This document shows, one piece after another, positions 1-8,610 of a stretch of DNA of 47,107 nt. The stretch is taken from assembly GCA_016283605.1 (NCBI GenBank), contig JAEENF010000079.1:1-47107 (forward strand), in the 5' to 3' direction. The stretch comes from Prevotella sp. (GTDB lineage: Bacteria > Bacteroidota > Bacteroidia > Bacteroidales > Bacteroidaceae). The position numbers and the translations under genes were made by a program. The notes under the pieces were generated by a model. It was not told where the DNA came from and made no database searches. It saw nothing but the letters and a program-made list of their open reading frames with translations. Position 1 is the stretch's first letter. Every line of letters begins with the position of its first letter.

Positions 1-2
1 GA

Positions 3-824
3 GGCTATAACGGTTATATGCGGGAATATGTCGACCATCAGTTCGGTGCTGAAGTGAACTACGGCTATCGCAGTGAGACATTCGGCAGTGTCAACAGTGC
101 GGCTTTCACACATGGTACAGAGTATGTCTACGGTACTTACAAATACGAGCCAGGACGCTATTTCCACAATAAATACGGTTTCACGACACATAACCGTCTA
201 CATACTGGCAACCTGTTGCATTCTGCTGACGCCGCCATCACCTACGAAGAGGGGTATGCCAATGAATATCGTCAGGAGCGTATCAGTGTCACAGACAGTG
301 TTACGGGTTTCAACTCCGTCAGCTGGAATACGGTTTTGGAGTACCGCAAGCGCTATCAGTTGAAGAAAACTGACCTCTCGCTGCACTACCGTTGTTCCTT
401 TGTCGAGGATCAAAACATCAATGGATATATTGGCGTCGAGGCCTATATCACCAACGTCAGCAACAAACATCTGCTGAATACCTCGGAGTTAAAATATGCC
501 ACCACCCTCGCTCAACTGGAGGGCGGTATCTCTCTGGCTCGTCTTCTGTCGATTGAGGCCAAGGCCGGCTATAACTTCTCCAACAAAGCCGAACTCTCTT
601 TAGCTGACACCTCTACAGACTATGCACAAGCCGTACTCCTGCCAGATATGGACATCTTGAACAAGGACTATTTCACGGGGAGTATGAAACTCACCTGTCA
701 ATTGCCCATCACCATCGAGAAGAAGACACGCAACTGGTTTGTTTCGGCCTACGGCAACTATATCTCTGCCAAAAGCGACCTGAACCGCTATCAGATTGGC
801 TGTTCTGTGGGTCTCTATTATTAA
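3..824 (+). CDS. Outer-membrane beta-barrel protein, DUF6850-like (5' end outside window)
   Basis: The frame is open from base 3 (GYNGYMREY...). Alternating Tyr/Gly-rich beta-strand pattern and C-terminal aromatic barrel signature (IGCSVGLYY). The family name is from recognition, not a search. Confidence 0.6.
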   Translation, partial: GYNGYMREYVDHQFGAEVNYGYRSETFGSVNSAAFTHGTEYVYGTYKYEPGRYFHNKYGFTTHNRLHTGNLLHSADAAITYEEGYANEYRQERISVTDSVTGFNSVSWNTVLEYRKRYQLKKTDLSLHYRCSFVEDQNINGYIGVEAYITNVSNKHLLNTSELKYATTLAQLEGGISLARLLSIEAKAGYNFSNKAELSLADTSTDYAQAVLLPDMDILNKDYFTGSMKLTCQLPITIEKKTRNWFVSAYGNYISAKSDLNRYQIGCSVGLYY

Positions 825-855
825 AAAAGGTACATATAACTAATTCAATAACGAT

Positions 856-1980
856 ATGAAGACAATGACAAACATCAAGACACTTTGCATCATAGCCGGA
901 CTGGCTATGACAACCACCGCCTTTGCAGGTGACGGTACAAAAGAAAATCCTTACACTATAGCAGAACTCAATGCACAGAAAGACGCGCTGGCAGCTTCTG
1001 GCACCACCGTATGGGTAAAAGCCGACCTCAAAGGCCTTGGTGAAGATGGTACAAGAACAGACAATGGTGACTATGAAGATGCTGACAAAAAGGTCCATCA
1101 TCGTATGGCAGGTCTTTTCGAGGATGGGACAGGAACCTTCGTAGCCTATAGTTATCACATCCTCAGCCAGATTAGAATGAGTGACTGGACAAATACCAAG
1201 AATCTACTCATTGCATTGACATATGGTACAGAAGGCCACCCTTACGGGAACCTGCAGAACCCGAAATATGCTGAGAGCCTAGAACCTACAGAAGCTCACT
1301 TCTCACTGGAAGAGGTGCATGGTGCCTTGACTCTTGAAATCAAAAACGGCTTCCGCGGCTATCATATCGGCAGCTGCTATATTGTGCCGCAAGGTGTCGC
1401 AGCCGCAACGGTAACTTCAAATTACACCAGTAAAAATGGTGCAACTATCAGTTACAAATATTACAATGGCTCCGAAAATTCCTATCTCATTCCCAAGCAC
1501 TCCGCCATGGTTCTTATCGCTGCTGATGGGACTTATGACTTCGTGTTAGGCACAGGTCTCTACGAACAGCCTATCACCAATTCCAACTCGTTGAGTGGAG
1601 GTGTAGGTCCTGGTGAGAATGTCAATTCCAAGGCCGATCGTTGGCACTTCCGCTTTGTATCCACACCAGATAAAGTCGGTTTTGAGCGTAACAGCGACGA
1701 TCCGCAGCGAGTCATCCTTGAATCTGGCGATGAAGTGATTCTTACCGTCGTATCCAAAACCGATCACTTTGCTGGTAACTGGAAGTGGGAGACAGACGAC
1801 AAGAAATGGATCTCATGGGGTGGTCAGAGTGCTGCCGACTTCGGCTTCACGACTGGTATCAATACAGCTAATACCTCTACAGAAAGCGATGATGCCATCT
1901 ATGACCTGACCGGTCGTAAGATTACACAGCCTGCTCAAGGCCTCTACATCCAGGACGGCAAGAAATTCATCGCCAAATAA
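856..1980 (+). CDS. Secreted protein of unknown function with T9SS-type C-terminal sorting domain
   Basis: Signal peptide (…AMTTTAFA), N-terminal GDGTKENPYT motif, and C-terminal TGINT…AIYDLTGRK…GLYIQDGKKFIAK typical of Prevotella T9SS cargo. Confidence 0.75.
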   Translation: MKTMTNIKTLCIIAGLAMTTTAFAGDGTKENPYTIAELNAQKDALAASGTTVWVKADLKGLGEDGTRTDNGDYEDADKKVHHRMAGLFEDGTGTFVAYSYHILSQIRMSDWTNTKNLLIALTYGTEGHPYGNLQNPKYAESLEPTEAHFSLEEVHGALTLEIKNGFRGYHIGSCYIVPQGVAAATVTSNYTSKNGATISYKYYNGSENSYLIPKHSAMVLIAADGTYDFVLGTGLYEQPITNSNSLSGGVGPGENVNSKADRWHFRFVSTPDKVGFERNSDDPQRVILESGDEVILTVVSKTDHFAGNWKWETDDKKWISWGGQSAADFGFTTGINTANTSTESDDAIYDLTGRKITQPAQGLYIQDGKKFIAK

Positions 1981-2013
1981 GACAAGCTTGGATGAAGATT
2001 AATGCTTCTAATG

Positions 2014-2052
2014 AACAACGGGCTGGCACCAAATGATGCCAGCCCTTTGTTT
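2014..2052. terminator. Intrinsic terminator between convergent genes, possibly bidirectional
   Basis: Perfect 9-bp stem GGGCTGGCA(2020-2028)/TGCCAGCCC(2037-2045) followed by TTTGTTT, with AACAA on the other side. Confidence 0.8.
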
Positions 2053-2064
2053 GATATGATTTGA

Positions 2065-3396
2065 TTAACGATAGAAATCAAGTATGCGTTGACGAATGAG
2101 ATACTCGTATTTGCTCTGTACGGCATCCTGCTGGGCCTTTAGGTACTTCTGCTGGGCTATAAGCAGGTCGAATACGCTGCCACGTCCGGCATCATATCTA
2201 TCCTGCTCGTAGCTGACACTAACGGCTGCCGCCTCGACGGCCTTCTGTGCCGATGTCATCTTATCAAGTGCCACAACCGCATTGGTGTATGCTTTATGCA
2301 TTTCCGTGCGCAAGTTCTGCCGTGCATCGTCGAGTGCTAACTGCTGGTCCATGACGTCGAGCTTAGCCATGCGGATATTGCTGCGCGTCTGGAATCGGTT
2401 GAAGATGGGAATGCTGAGATGCACGCCAACAACTTCGTTTAAGTTGTTGTTGAAGTATTGCTTTCCAAAGTCTCCCCATCCATAGTTCTGATGGAACATG
2501 TTGACGTAGAAGGTGCGCAAGCTACCCTGTAGGAACAGTGTGGGATAGTAGTCGGAACGTGCGACCTCGATGAGGGCCTTTTTCTCTTCGATGGAGGACT
2601 TGGCCGAAAGGATGGATGGCCACTTCTCGACGACATCGTCGTAGTTAGCGGGCATTGCTGGCTGACCGGCTGTGGTCACGTCGATGGGAGCCACGTCGAA
2701 ACCTTCGGCCGAGGGAAGGTTGAGCAACTGCACAAGATCGTTAAGGGCGAGTGTGAGTTCGCCCTTGGCCTGTGTCAGGGTGTATTCGTCGCCAGCTACG
2801 GTAGCCTCAATATCCTTCAGTTCGCTGAGTGGGCGTTTACCCTCGTCAACGAGTATTGAAGCGCGTTGACGTAATTGTTGGCTGACGGCCAGTTGTGAGT
2901 TGGCTACGTCGACCAGGCTCTTGTTACACAGACACTCCATAAAGTACACGGCAATCTGGATTCCGATGTCCTTACGGGCCTTCTCAAGGTCAGCGGTAGC
3001 TGCGTGGAGGCTGTAACGGTCGGCTTTCATCCGGTTCTTGACCTTAAAGCCGTCGAACAGGTTCATCTTGGCTGTAATCTCGCCCGTGGTGTAGGCCAGA
3101 TCATAGTTGGTTCCTGTACTATTGCTTTGCATGGAGCCTGTAGTGGAGTTGTAATTGCCGAAACTGAACTGCTCGCCCAATTGTGCGCTGACTTCTGGCA
3201 GCCATCCGTTTGAACTGGTTTCGAGGTTCACCTGGCGTTTCTGTATCTGTAGTGCCCTTTGCTGGATGTTGATACTATGCGTCGTTGCATATTCAATACA
3301 CTGGTCGAGTGTCCACGGCTGTTGAGCATCGGCAACGGAGAAGCCAATGGTCAGCAGGGTGCAAAGCGACAGGGTTCTGATGTTCTTTGTCTTCAT
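2065..3396 (-). CDS. TolC-family outer membrane efflux protein
   Basis: Signal peptide, WTLDQCIEYA start, two OEP repeats (LFDGF…; YYPTL…SIPIFNRF), end RYDAGRGSVFDLL…YEYLIRQRILDFY. Confidence 0.93.
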   Translation of the reverse strand: MKTKNIRTLSLCTLLTIGFSVADAQQPWTLDQCIEYATTHSINIQQRALQIQKRQVNLETSSNGWLPEVSAQLGEQFSFGNYNSTTGSMQSNSTGTNYDLAYTTGEITAKMNLFDGFKVKNRMKADRYSLHAATADLEKARKDIGIQIAVYFMECLCNKSLVDVANSQLAVSQQLRQRASILVDEGKRPLSELKDIEATVAGDEYTLTQAKGELTLALNDLVQLLNLPSAEGFDVAPIDVTTAGQPAMPANYDDVVEKWPSILSAKSSIEEKKALIEVARSDYYPTLFLQGSLRTFYVNMFHQNYGWGDFGKQYFNNNLNEVVGVHLSIPIFNRFQTRSNIRMAKLDVMDQQLALDDARQNLRTEMHKAYTNAVVALDKMTSAQKAVEAAAVSVSYEQDRYDAGRGSVFDLLIAQQKYLKAQQDAVQSKYEYLIRQRILDFYR

Positions 3397-3432
3397 TGAA
3401 GTATGGTCTGTTATTGAATGAATGTCATTAGT

Positions 3433-4533
3433 TTAACGTTGAATGCCACGAAGTCTGTCTTCCTTCTTGATGCCCGACTTTACAGCCACATAGATACCGT
3501 CGGAAATGCCAAGTTCAACAGGGCGGCGCTCCCACTTCTGGTTATCAACATCTTCGGGGGCGGAGGTAAGTACATATACATAAGTCTTACCATCGGCGAA
3601 TTCGACGGCGGTCTCTTCGCAGGAGAGGACGTTCTCTTCCCTGGCAATGACAATGCAGGCATTGGCACTATATCCCGAACGGATGTTGACATCGCTCGGA
3701 ATATGGGCCGAGGCTTTCAACTCGAACATCTTGGCACCGTTCTGCAGTTCACCCTCTGGAGCGATGTAGTCGAGGGTAGCGGGAATCTTGACATCCTGCA
3801 TAGAGCCAAGCGTGAGTTCCATCTCCATGCCCAAGTGTAGTTTAGCCACCTCGGTCTCATCAATATAACCGCGGAAGATGATGTCGCCCATGTCGGCAAT
3901 CTTGGCTATGGTAGTGCCCTCAGTAAATGCGCTGGTTCCTGATACGGAAGCGCCGACCTTAACAGGCACATTGAGCACCACGCCACTAATGGTAGAGCGG
4001 AGACTGGTGATATTGACATCGCCCGAGCGGCTGGACTGACCCTTGGTGATGACCTCCACCTGCGTCTGGGCGGCCTTGAGGCCCTCTTTGGCAGAAGCCA
4101 GCTTGGACTCTTTCATCTCAAACTCTTCCCGGCTCACGACCCCCTTGTCGTAGAGCGTCTTGATGCGGTCGTACTCGCGCTGCTCTTCGCTCAATGTGAT
4201 GCGCGCTGATTCCACCTGCCCCTTAGCCTGATTGAGTTGCGCCATGTCGGGAATGATCTTGATGGTGGCGATGACGTCGCCCATACGGACCACTTTTCCC
4301 GGTTGCACCATCAGTTGGCTGATGACGCCCGTTGCCAGCGGCTTAACCTCTACCTGGTTGCGGGCTTCCACACTGCCCGTGGCTGTCGTGATCTTGGAGA
4401 TGTCGCGCTGTTGCGGCTCGATGAGTTCGTAGACCACTGGTGCCGGCTGCGACTGCTTCCACAAGAAATAGAACGTGTAAACAACGAAAAGCCCCACAAG
4501 GCTCCATCCTGCAATTTTCAATACCTTTTTCAT
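3433..4533 (-). CDS. Efflux periplasmic adaptor (MacA/HlyD-type membrane fusion protein)
   Basis: N-terminal TM, ATGSVEARNQVEVKP…GVISQL…GKVV..GD lipoyl half, coiled-coil hairpin, IDETEVAKL, VELGISDG. Confidence 0.92.
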   Translation of the reverse strand: MKKVLKIAGWSLVGLFVVYTFYFLWKQSQPAPVVYELIEPQQRDISKITTATGSVEARNQVEVKPLATGVISQLMVQPGKVVRMGDVIATIKIIPDMAQLNQAKGQVESARITLSEEQREYDRIKTLYDKGVVSREEFEMKESKLASAKEGLKAAQTQVEVITKGQSSRSGDVNITSLRSTISGVVLNVPVKVGASVSGTSAFTEGTTIAKIADMGDIIFRGYIDETEVAKLHLGMEMELTLGSMQDVKIPATLDYIAPEGELQNGAKMFELKASAHIPSDVNIRSGYSANACIVIAREENVLSCEETAVEFADGKTYVYVLTSAPEDVDNQKWERRPVELGISDGIYVAVKSGIKKEDRLRGIQR

Positions 4534-4577
4534 ATCGTTATTATTTTATTTATTATCGTTTTTATTTTGATTATAGC

Positions 4578-5834
4578 CTATTCTTCCCTCAGTGCCTCAA
4601 TGGCCTTGATGGCGAGTGCCCGTTTAGCAGGTAGCCAGCCTGCGAACAAGCCACCGAGGACGAGGACGACGAGGGCTGCAATGGCAGGCAGGAACGGAAC
4701 GTAGGGATTGGTGAATACCGATGATCCATCATCTGGGAGTGCGTTGCGCAGGGCACTCAATGCATAGGTGCCCATCCCCAGTCCGAGTATGCCGGCAGAG
4801 ATGGTAAGAACCAAGCTTTCGCACATGATTTGTCGGATGATAACTTCAGGCATAGCTCCCAAAGCCCTGCGTACACCGATTTCCTGGGTGCGTTCCTTCA
4901 CTGTGATAAGCATGATGTTGGAGATACCTATCAAACCGGCTAGCAGTGTACCCAACCCCACAATCCAAATAAGAATGTTGAGGCCGATAAAAAGATAGCT
5001 GTATTGATTGAGCATGTTAGCCAAATTAAACGTAATCAGTGCCGACTGGTCTTTAGGATGAATCTGATGGAGTGATTTTACCAGTGTCTGTAACTTTTCC
5101 TGATAATCGGATGCCGGGAACTGTTTTTGGAGCGTGATAATCATCTGTCCGATTTTGTCGCCTTTACTGTAAACCTGCTGCTCGGTGGTCAATGGCAGCT
5201 GTATGCCTTCAGCTGGGTCTAACTCGATGATAATCATACTATTGGTATTTTTAACAACACCGACTATCGTGTATGTTACGTTGTCGATAGTGATCGGTCG
5301 GTTGATAGGATCTTCGTTGGGAAAGAAATTCTTTTGTACCTCAGTTCCTATGACACAAACTTTTCTTGATTCTTGAATGTCGATTTCGTTGATAAAGCGA
5401 CCCGCTATCAGTTTCTGGGGAATGTTGTGAAGATAGGACGGCATGACTCCTACAACTTTGTATTCTCCGTTGCGGTTGTTATGAGTGATGAGTTGTGTAG
5501 AACCTGGATGTACATAGTCGATCAATGTGATATTTGAAATCTCCTTAGGGAAGGCGCGCTTAAATATGATAGTGTCGCGCATGTTGAGATTCCACAATCG
5601 TCCCTGACTGAAGCCCTGATAGGACATGCCCGTTTCACTGGGTATTAGGAAAATACTGTTGGTTGGCAGTTCCATCATCTTTCCTACAAGACCGTTGTTT
5701 AATCCCATTCCTGCACCGATAAGTATTACCAGCATGAAGATGCCCCAAAATACTCCGAAGGCAGTCATCAGACTACGCCATTTCTGGCTTAGCACGGTAT
5801 CCCATATCTCTGACCAAAAATCCTTATCAAACAT
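4578..5834 (-). CDS. ABC transporter permease (MacB/FtsX family)
   Basis: RSLMTAFGVFWGIFML, large periplasmic domain (GRFINEID…KVCVIG), GISNIMLITVKERTQEIGVRRALGA, PAKRALAIKAIEALREE. Confidence 0.93.
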   Translation of the reverse strand: MFDKDFWSEIWDTVLSQKWRSLMTAFGVFWGIFMLVILIGAGMGLNNGLVGKMMELPTNSIFLIPSETGMSYQGFSQGRLWNLNMRDTIIFKRAFPKEISNITLIDYVHPGSTQLITHNNRNGEYKVVGVMPSYLHNIPQKLIAGRFINEIDIQESRKVCVIGTEVQKNFFPNEDPINRPITIDNVTYTIVGVVKNTNSMIIIELDPAEGIQLPLTTEQQVYSKGDKIGQMIITLQKQFPASDYQEKLQTLVKSLHQIHPKDQSALITFNLANMLNQYSYLFIGLNILIWIVGLGTLLAGLIGISNIMLITVKERTQEIGVRRALGAMPEVIIRQIMCESLVLTISAGILGLGMGTYALSALRNALPDDGSSVFTNPYVPFLPAIAALVVLVLGGLFAGWLPAKRALAIKAIEALREE

Positions 5835-5874
5835 CTTTATATCTATTATTCTCTTTTTTCATTTTTAACCATAT

Positions 5875-7113
5875 CTATGCCGCTAGCGCGTCTACTAGTT
5901 TGCAATTGATAGCTTTCTTGGCTGGCACATATCCGGCAATTATGCCTGCAAGCAGCATCACGACATTGGCCGCAAAGATAATACCCAGTCCTACAGTTGG
6001 AGCACCGAATATAGCCGATCCGCCAAAAGCTGCCAGAACAGCGGAAAGCAGTTGGGTTAGACCAATGCCAAAGAGCAAACCCACGTAGCCGAAAATCAGA
6101 GTGATAATGACCGACTCGACAAGTACCAGTGCCACGATGTGTTCGTTTGATGCGCCCATGGCCTTTCTTACACCCAGTTCACGGGTACGCTCCTTCACGG
6201 TAATCATCATGATGTTACTAACGCCTACGACGCCTGATACCATTGTTGCCAAACCAATGATTACAATAAACAGATAGATTCCTTTCAGAATGGTCATGAT
6301 GTCAAGATAGTTCTCATAGTCAGACTTCAGACTTATTGCTGACAGGTCTTCAAGATGGTAGTCTTTCTGCCTGGCTAATTGCTTACGAAGGTTAGACTCG
6401 AAAGTGCGGTTTGATTCCAAGTCATCCAGATTCCTCGTCATGATGCTGATTTTACTCAGATGGTTTTCCGGACAGAAGGTGTGCAGTGCCGTTGTGTATG
6501 GGGTATATACTGTACGAAGTGTACCTCCGATGTCGACATTGGGCTCATAGATGCCCACTACCAGGAAACTGATACTACCGATAGTTACTTGTTTGCCAAT
6601 GAGCTGCTTTTCTTCTGGGAATATGATATCAGTAAGACTCGACGACATAACACATACCTTTCGGTTGGAATCAATGTCCCACTGATTAATGCTTCGACCA
6701 TGAGTAATCTTAATATGCTCTATTCGCTCGAACCCCGTCTGTTGACCCTCAATAGAAGCTGCAGTCTTGATCTTTCCACTCGAAATGCTTGTAGTATCGC
6801 TGAGTGTGTATTTAATATAGGCAACGTGTTCAGGAAAGGCTTTCCTTATTTTGATCGTATCGTCAGGGGTGAAAAAGATCGCTTTGTTCTTGGGCTGTCC
6901 TTTATATACCATCGAAGTCGTGCCTGGTATGATGGTATATATATTGTCTGTTGAATTGGAAAAATTTGACATCATGCCCTTGAGCAGACCATTACCTGCA
7001 CCCAAGAGAACGATGAGGATAAAAAGTCCCCATCCAATGGAAAAGCCGGTTAAGGCAATTCTCATCTTGTTGCTCTTCATAGAGGTAAACACCTCTGACA
7101 AAATATCTCTCAT
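5875..7113 (-). CDS. ABC transporter permease (MacB/FtsX family)
   Basis: RIALTGFSIGWG, periplasmic domain, GVSNIMMITVKERTRELGVRKAMGA, PAKKAINCKLVDAL. Confidence 0.93.
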   Translation of the reverse strand: MRDILSEVFTSMKSNKMRIALTGFSIGWGLFILIVLLGAGNGLLKGMMSNFSNSTDNIYTIIPGTTSMVYKGQPKNKAIFFTPDDTIKIRKAFPEHVAYIKYTLSDTTSISSGKIKTAASIEGQQTGFERIEHIKITHGRSINQWDIDSNRKVCVMSSSLTDIIFPEEKQLIGKQVTIGSISFLVVGIYEPNVDIGGTLRTVYTPYTTALHTFCPENHLSKISIMTRNLDDLESNRTFESNLRKQLARQKDYHLEDLSAISLKSDYENYLDIMTILKGIYLFIVIIGLATMVSGVVGVSNIMMITVKERTRELGVRKAMGASNEHIVALVLVESVIITLIFGYVGLLFGIGLTQLLSAVLAAFGGSAIFGAPTVGLGIIFAANVVMLLAGIIAGYVPAKKAINCKLVDALAA

Positions 7114-7119
7114 GAGTAA

Positions 7120-7140
7120 CTTACACTATTCACTTTTCAC
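7120..7140 (+). repeat. Degenerate 7-nt tandem repeat across the ABC ATPase stop codon
   Basis: CTTACAC TATTCAC TTTTCAC. Confidence 0.5.
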
Positions 7141-7815
7141 AGGTCCACGCTCGTCTCTTGCGATAACGCCGTCCTTGAAGAAGATACGACGATCGGTCTG
7201 GTCGGCAATGTCCTGTTCATGCGTGACGATAATCACCGTTTGTCCGTTCTTCCTATTCACATCACGAAGCATATCCATCACCTCCTGGGTGGTCTTCGAA
7301 TCGAGTGCGCCCGTTGGCTCATCGGCAAGAATAATCTTCGGGTGAGATATAAGCGCACGGGCAATGGCCACGCGTTGGCGCTGGCCACCAGACAATTGCA
7401 TGGGCAAGTGGTCCCAGTGCCCAGCTAGCCCTACTTTATCCAAATACTCCATAGCCATATCGTTACGCTCTTTTCGTCCCACGCCACGATAATAGAGTGG
7501 CAGGGCAACATTCTCCATGGCGTTCTTGAAGTTGATCAGGTTGAACGACTGGAAAATGAAGCCAATGAGCTGATTACGGTAGCGGCATCCTTGTCGCTCT
7601 GTAATATCCTTGATCAGGTTACCTGCCAGATGGTACTCCCCTTCATCGTAGTCGTCCAGGATTCCCATCACATTGAGCATGGTAGACTTGCCTGAGCCGG
7701 AAGGGCCCATGATACTGACCAGTTCTCCTTCATCGATATGGAGATCCACCCCCTTCAGCACGTGAAGGGGCTGGGCTCCAGGATAGGTCTTATGAATTCC
7801 TTTCAGGTCAATCAT
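7126..7815 (-). CDS. ABC transporter ATP-binding protein (MacB/LolD-like)
   Basis: Walker A GPSGSGKST, signature LSGGQRQR, Walker B ILADEPTGALD, H-loop VTHE. Start placed at ATG 7815 (MIDLKG), 1 nt after the NRPS stop. Confidence 0.95.
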   Translation of the reverse strand: MIDLKGIHKTYPGAQPLHVLKGVDLHIDEGELVSIMGPSGSGKSTMLNVMGILDDYDEGEYHLAGNLIKDITERQGCRYRNQLIGFIFQSFNLINFKNAMENVALPLYYRGVGRKERNDMAMEYLDKVGLAGHWDHLPMQLSGGQRQRVAIARALISHPKIILADEPTGALDSKTTQEVMDMLRDVNRKNGQTVIIVTHEQDIADQTDRRIFFKDGVIARDERGPVKSE

Positions 7816-7816
7816 A

Positions 7817-8610
7817 TTATTGAATGTTATCAAATACAAACTGAATATACGATGCCACACACGCCTCGCTCAACATGCTCATGTGGTCGCCGTCGGCCTT
7901 CTGCCAGAGAAGATCGCTACGGAACTGCTTCCATAGTGCCACATTGTCTAACTCACGTTGCGGAATGATGGCTTTCCTTAATTGATCACTATCCATCTGG
8001 AGCATTGACAATATCTGTTCTTCAGAAATCCTCAGTTTCTTAGACAGATCTGCCAAAATATTCTCCTTTTGGGCGGCACTGATCAGAATAACTTTACCAA
8101 GAAGTGGAGCGGGGTTACCTTGGCAGTTCAGACGGCTGTACATGTCAAGGATCTCGTCCTGTTCATTGCTCATAACACCTATTTCCTTCTGCATGCTCTC
8201 TGGGAGCAGGCTGAGGGTAAGGTCAAGCTGCGGACGCTTCAATTGGCGGTTCTGGTCTACCCAGAACGAGTCGAGCATACAAACATTAGGCTTCTGGTCG
8301 GGATAATCCTGTTGCCAGCGAACTGCCAACCTGTAAGAAAGGTCGGCGCCAAAACAATGACCCGTAAACAGCTCAACCTTGTTGATTCCAGCTTCTAACA
8401 GCTTGACGTCGAGTAGCGTGTAATAGAATTCTATGGCCTCGTTAATATTGTCTTCCTTGAAGAGATACTCGAAATGAGTGGTGATGGCCTCAACAGTCAA
8501 CACGTTGTAACGTTCTTCAAGCTTCTCCATGTAAGGAATCAGGTCGTTATAGCGCGTCTCACCCTGTACAAGAACGGCCACAGGCTTAGTTGCATCAGGC
8601 TCTTTGTGCC
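7817..8610 (-). other. NRPS terminal thioesterase domain with Cys nucleophile
   Basis: GHCFG (Cys codon 8354-8356), MLDS (Asp 8270-8272), DGDHMSML (His 7883-7885). Confidence 0.82.

Noticed and set aside
7816-7860. Longer ABC ATPase start at 7860
   Set aside because: It overlaps the NRPS 3' end; the family N-terminus begins at MIDLK (7815).
7817-8610. Direct assignment as a monobactam or beta-lactone cluster because of the Cys TE
   Set aside because: No sulfotransferase, Dap synthesis, transaldolase or hydroxylase genes are present, and the catalytic Asp appears to be in the conventional position.
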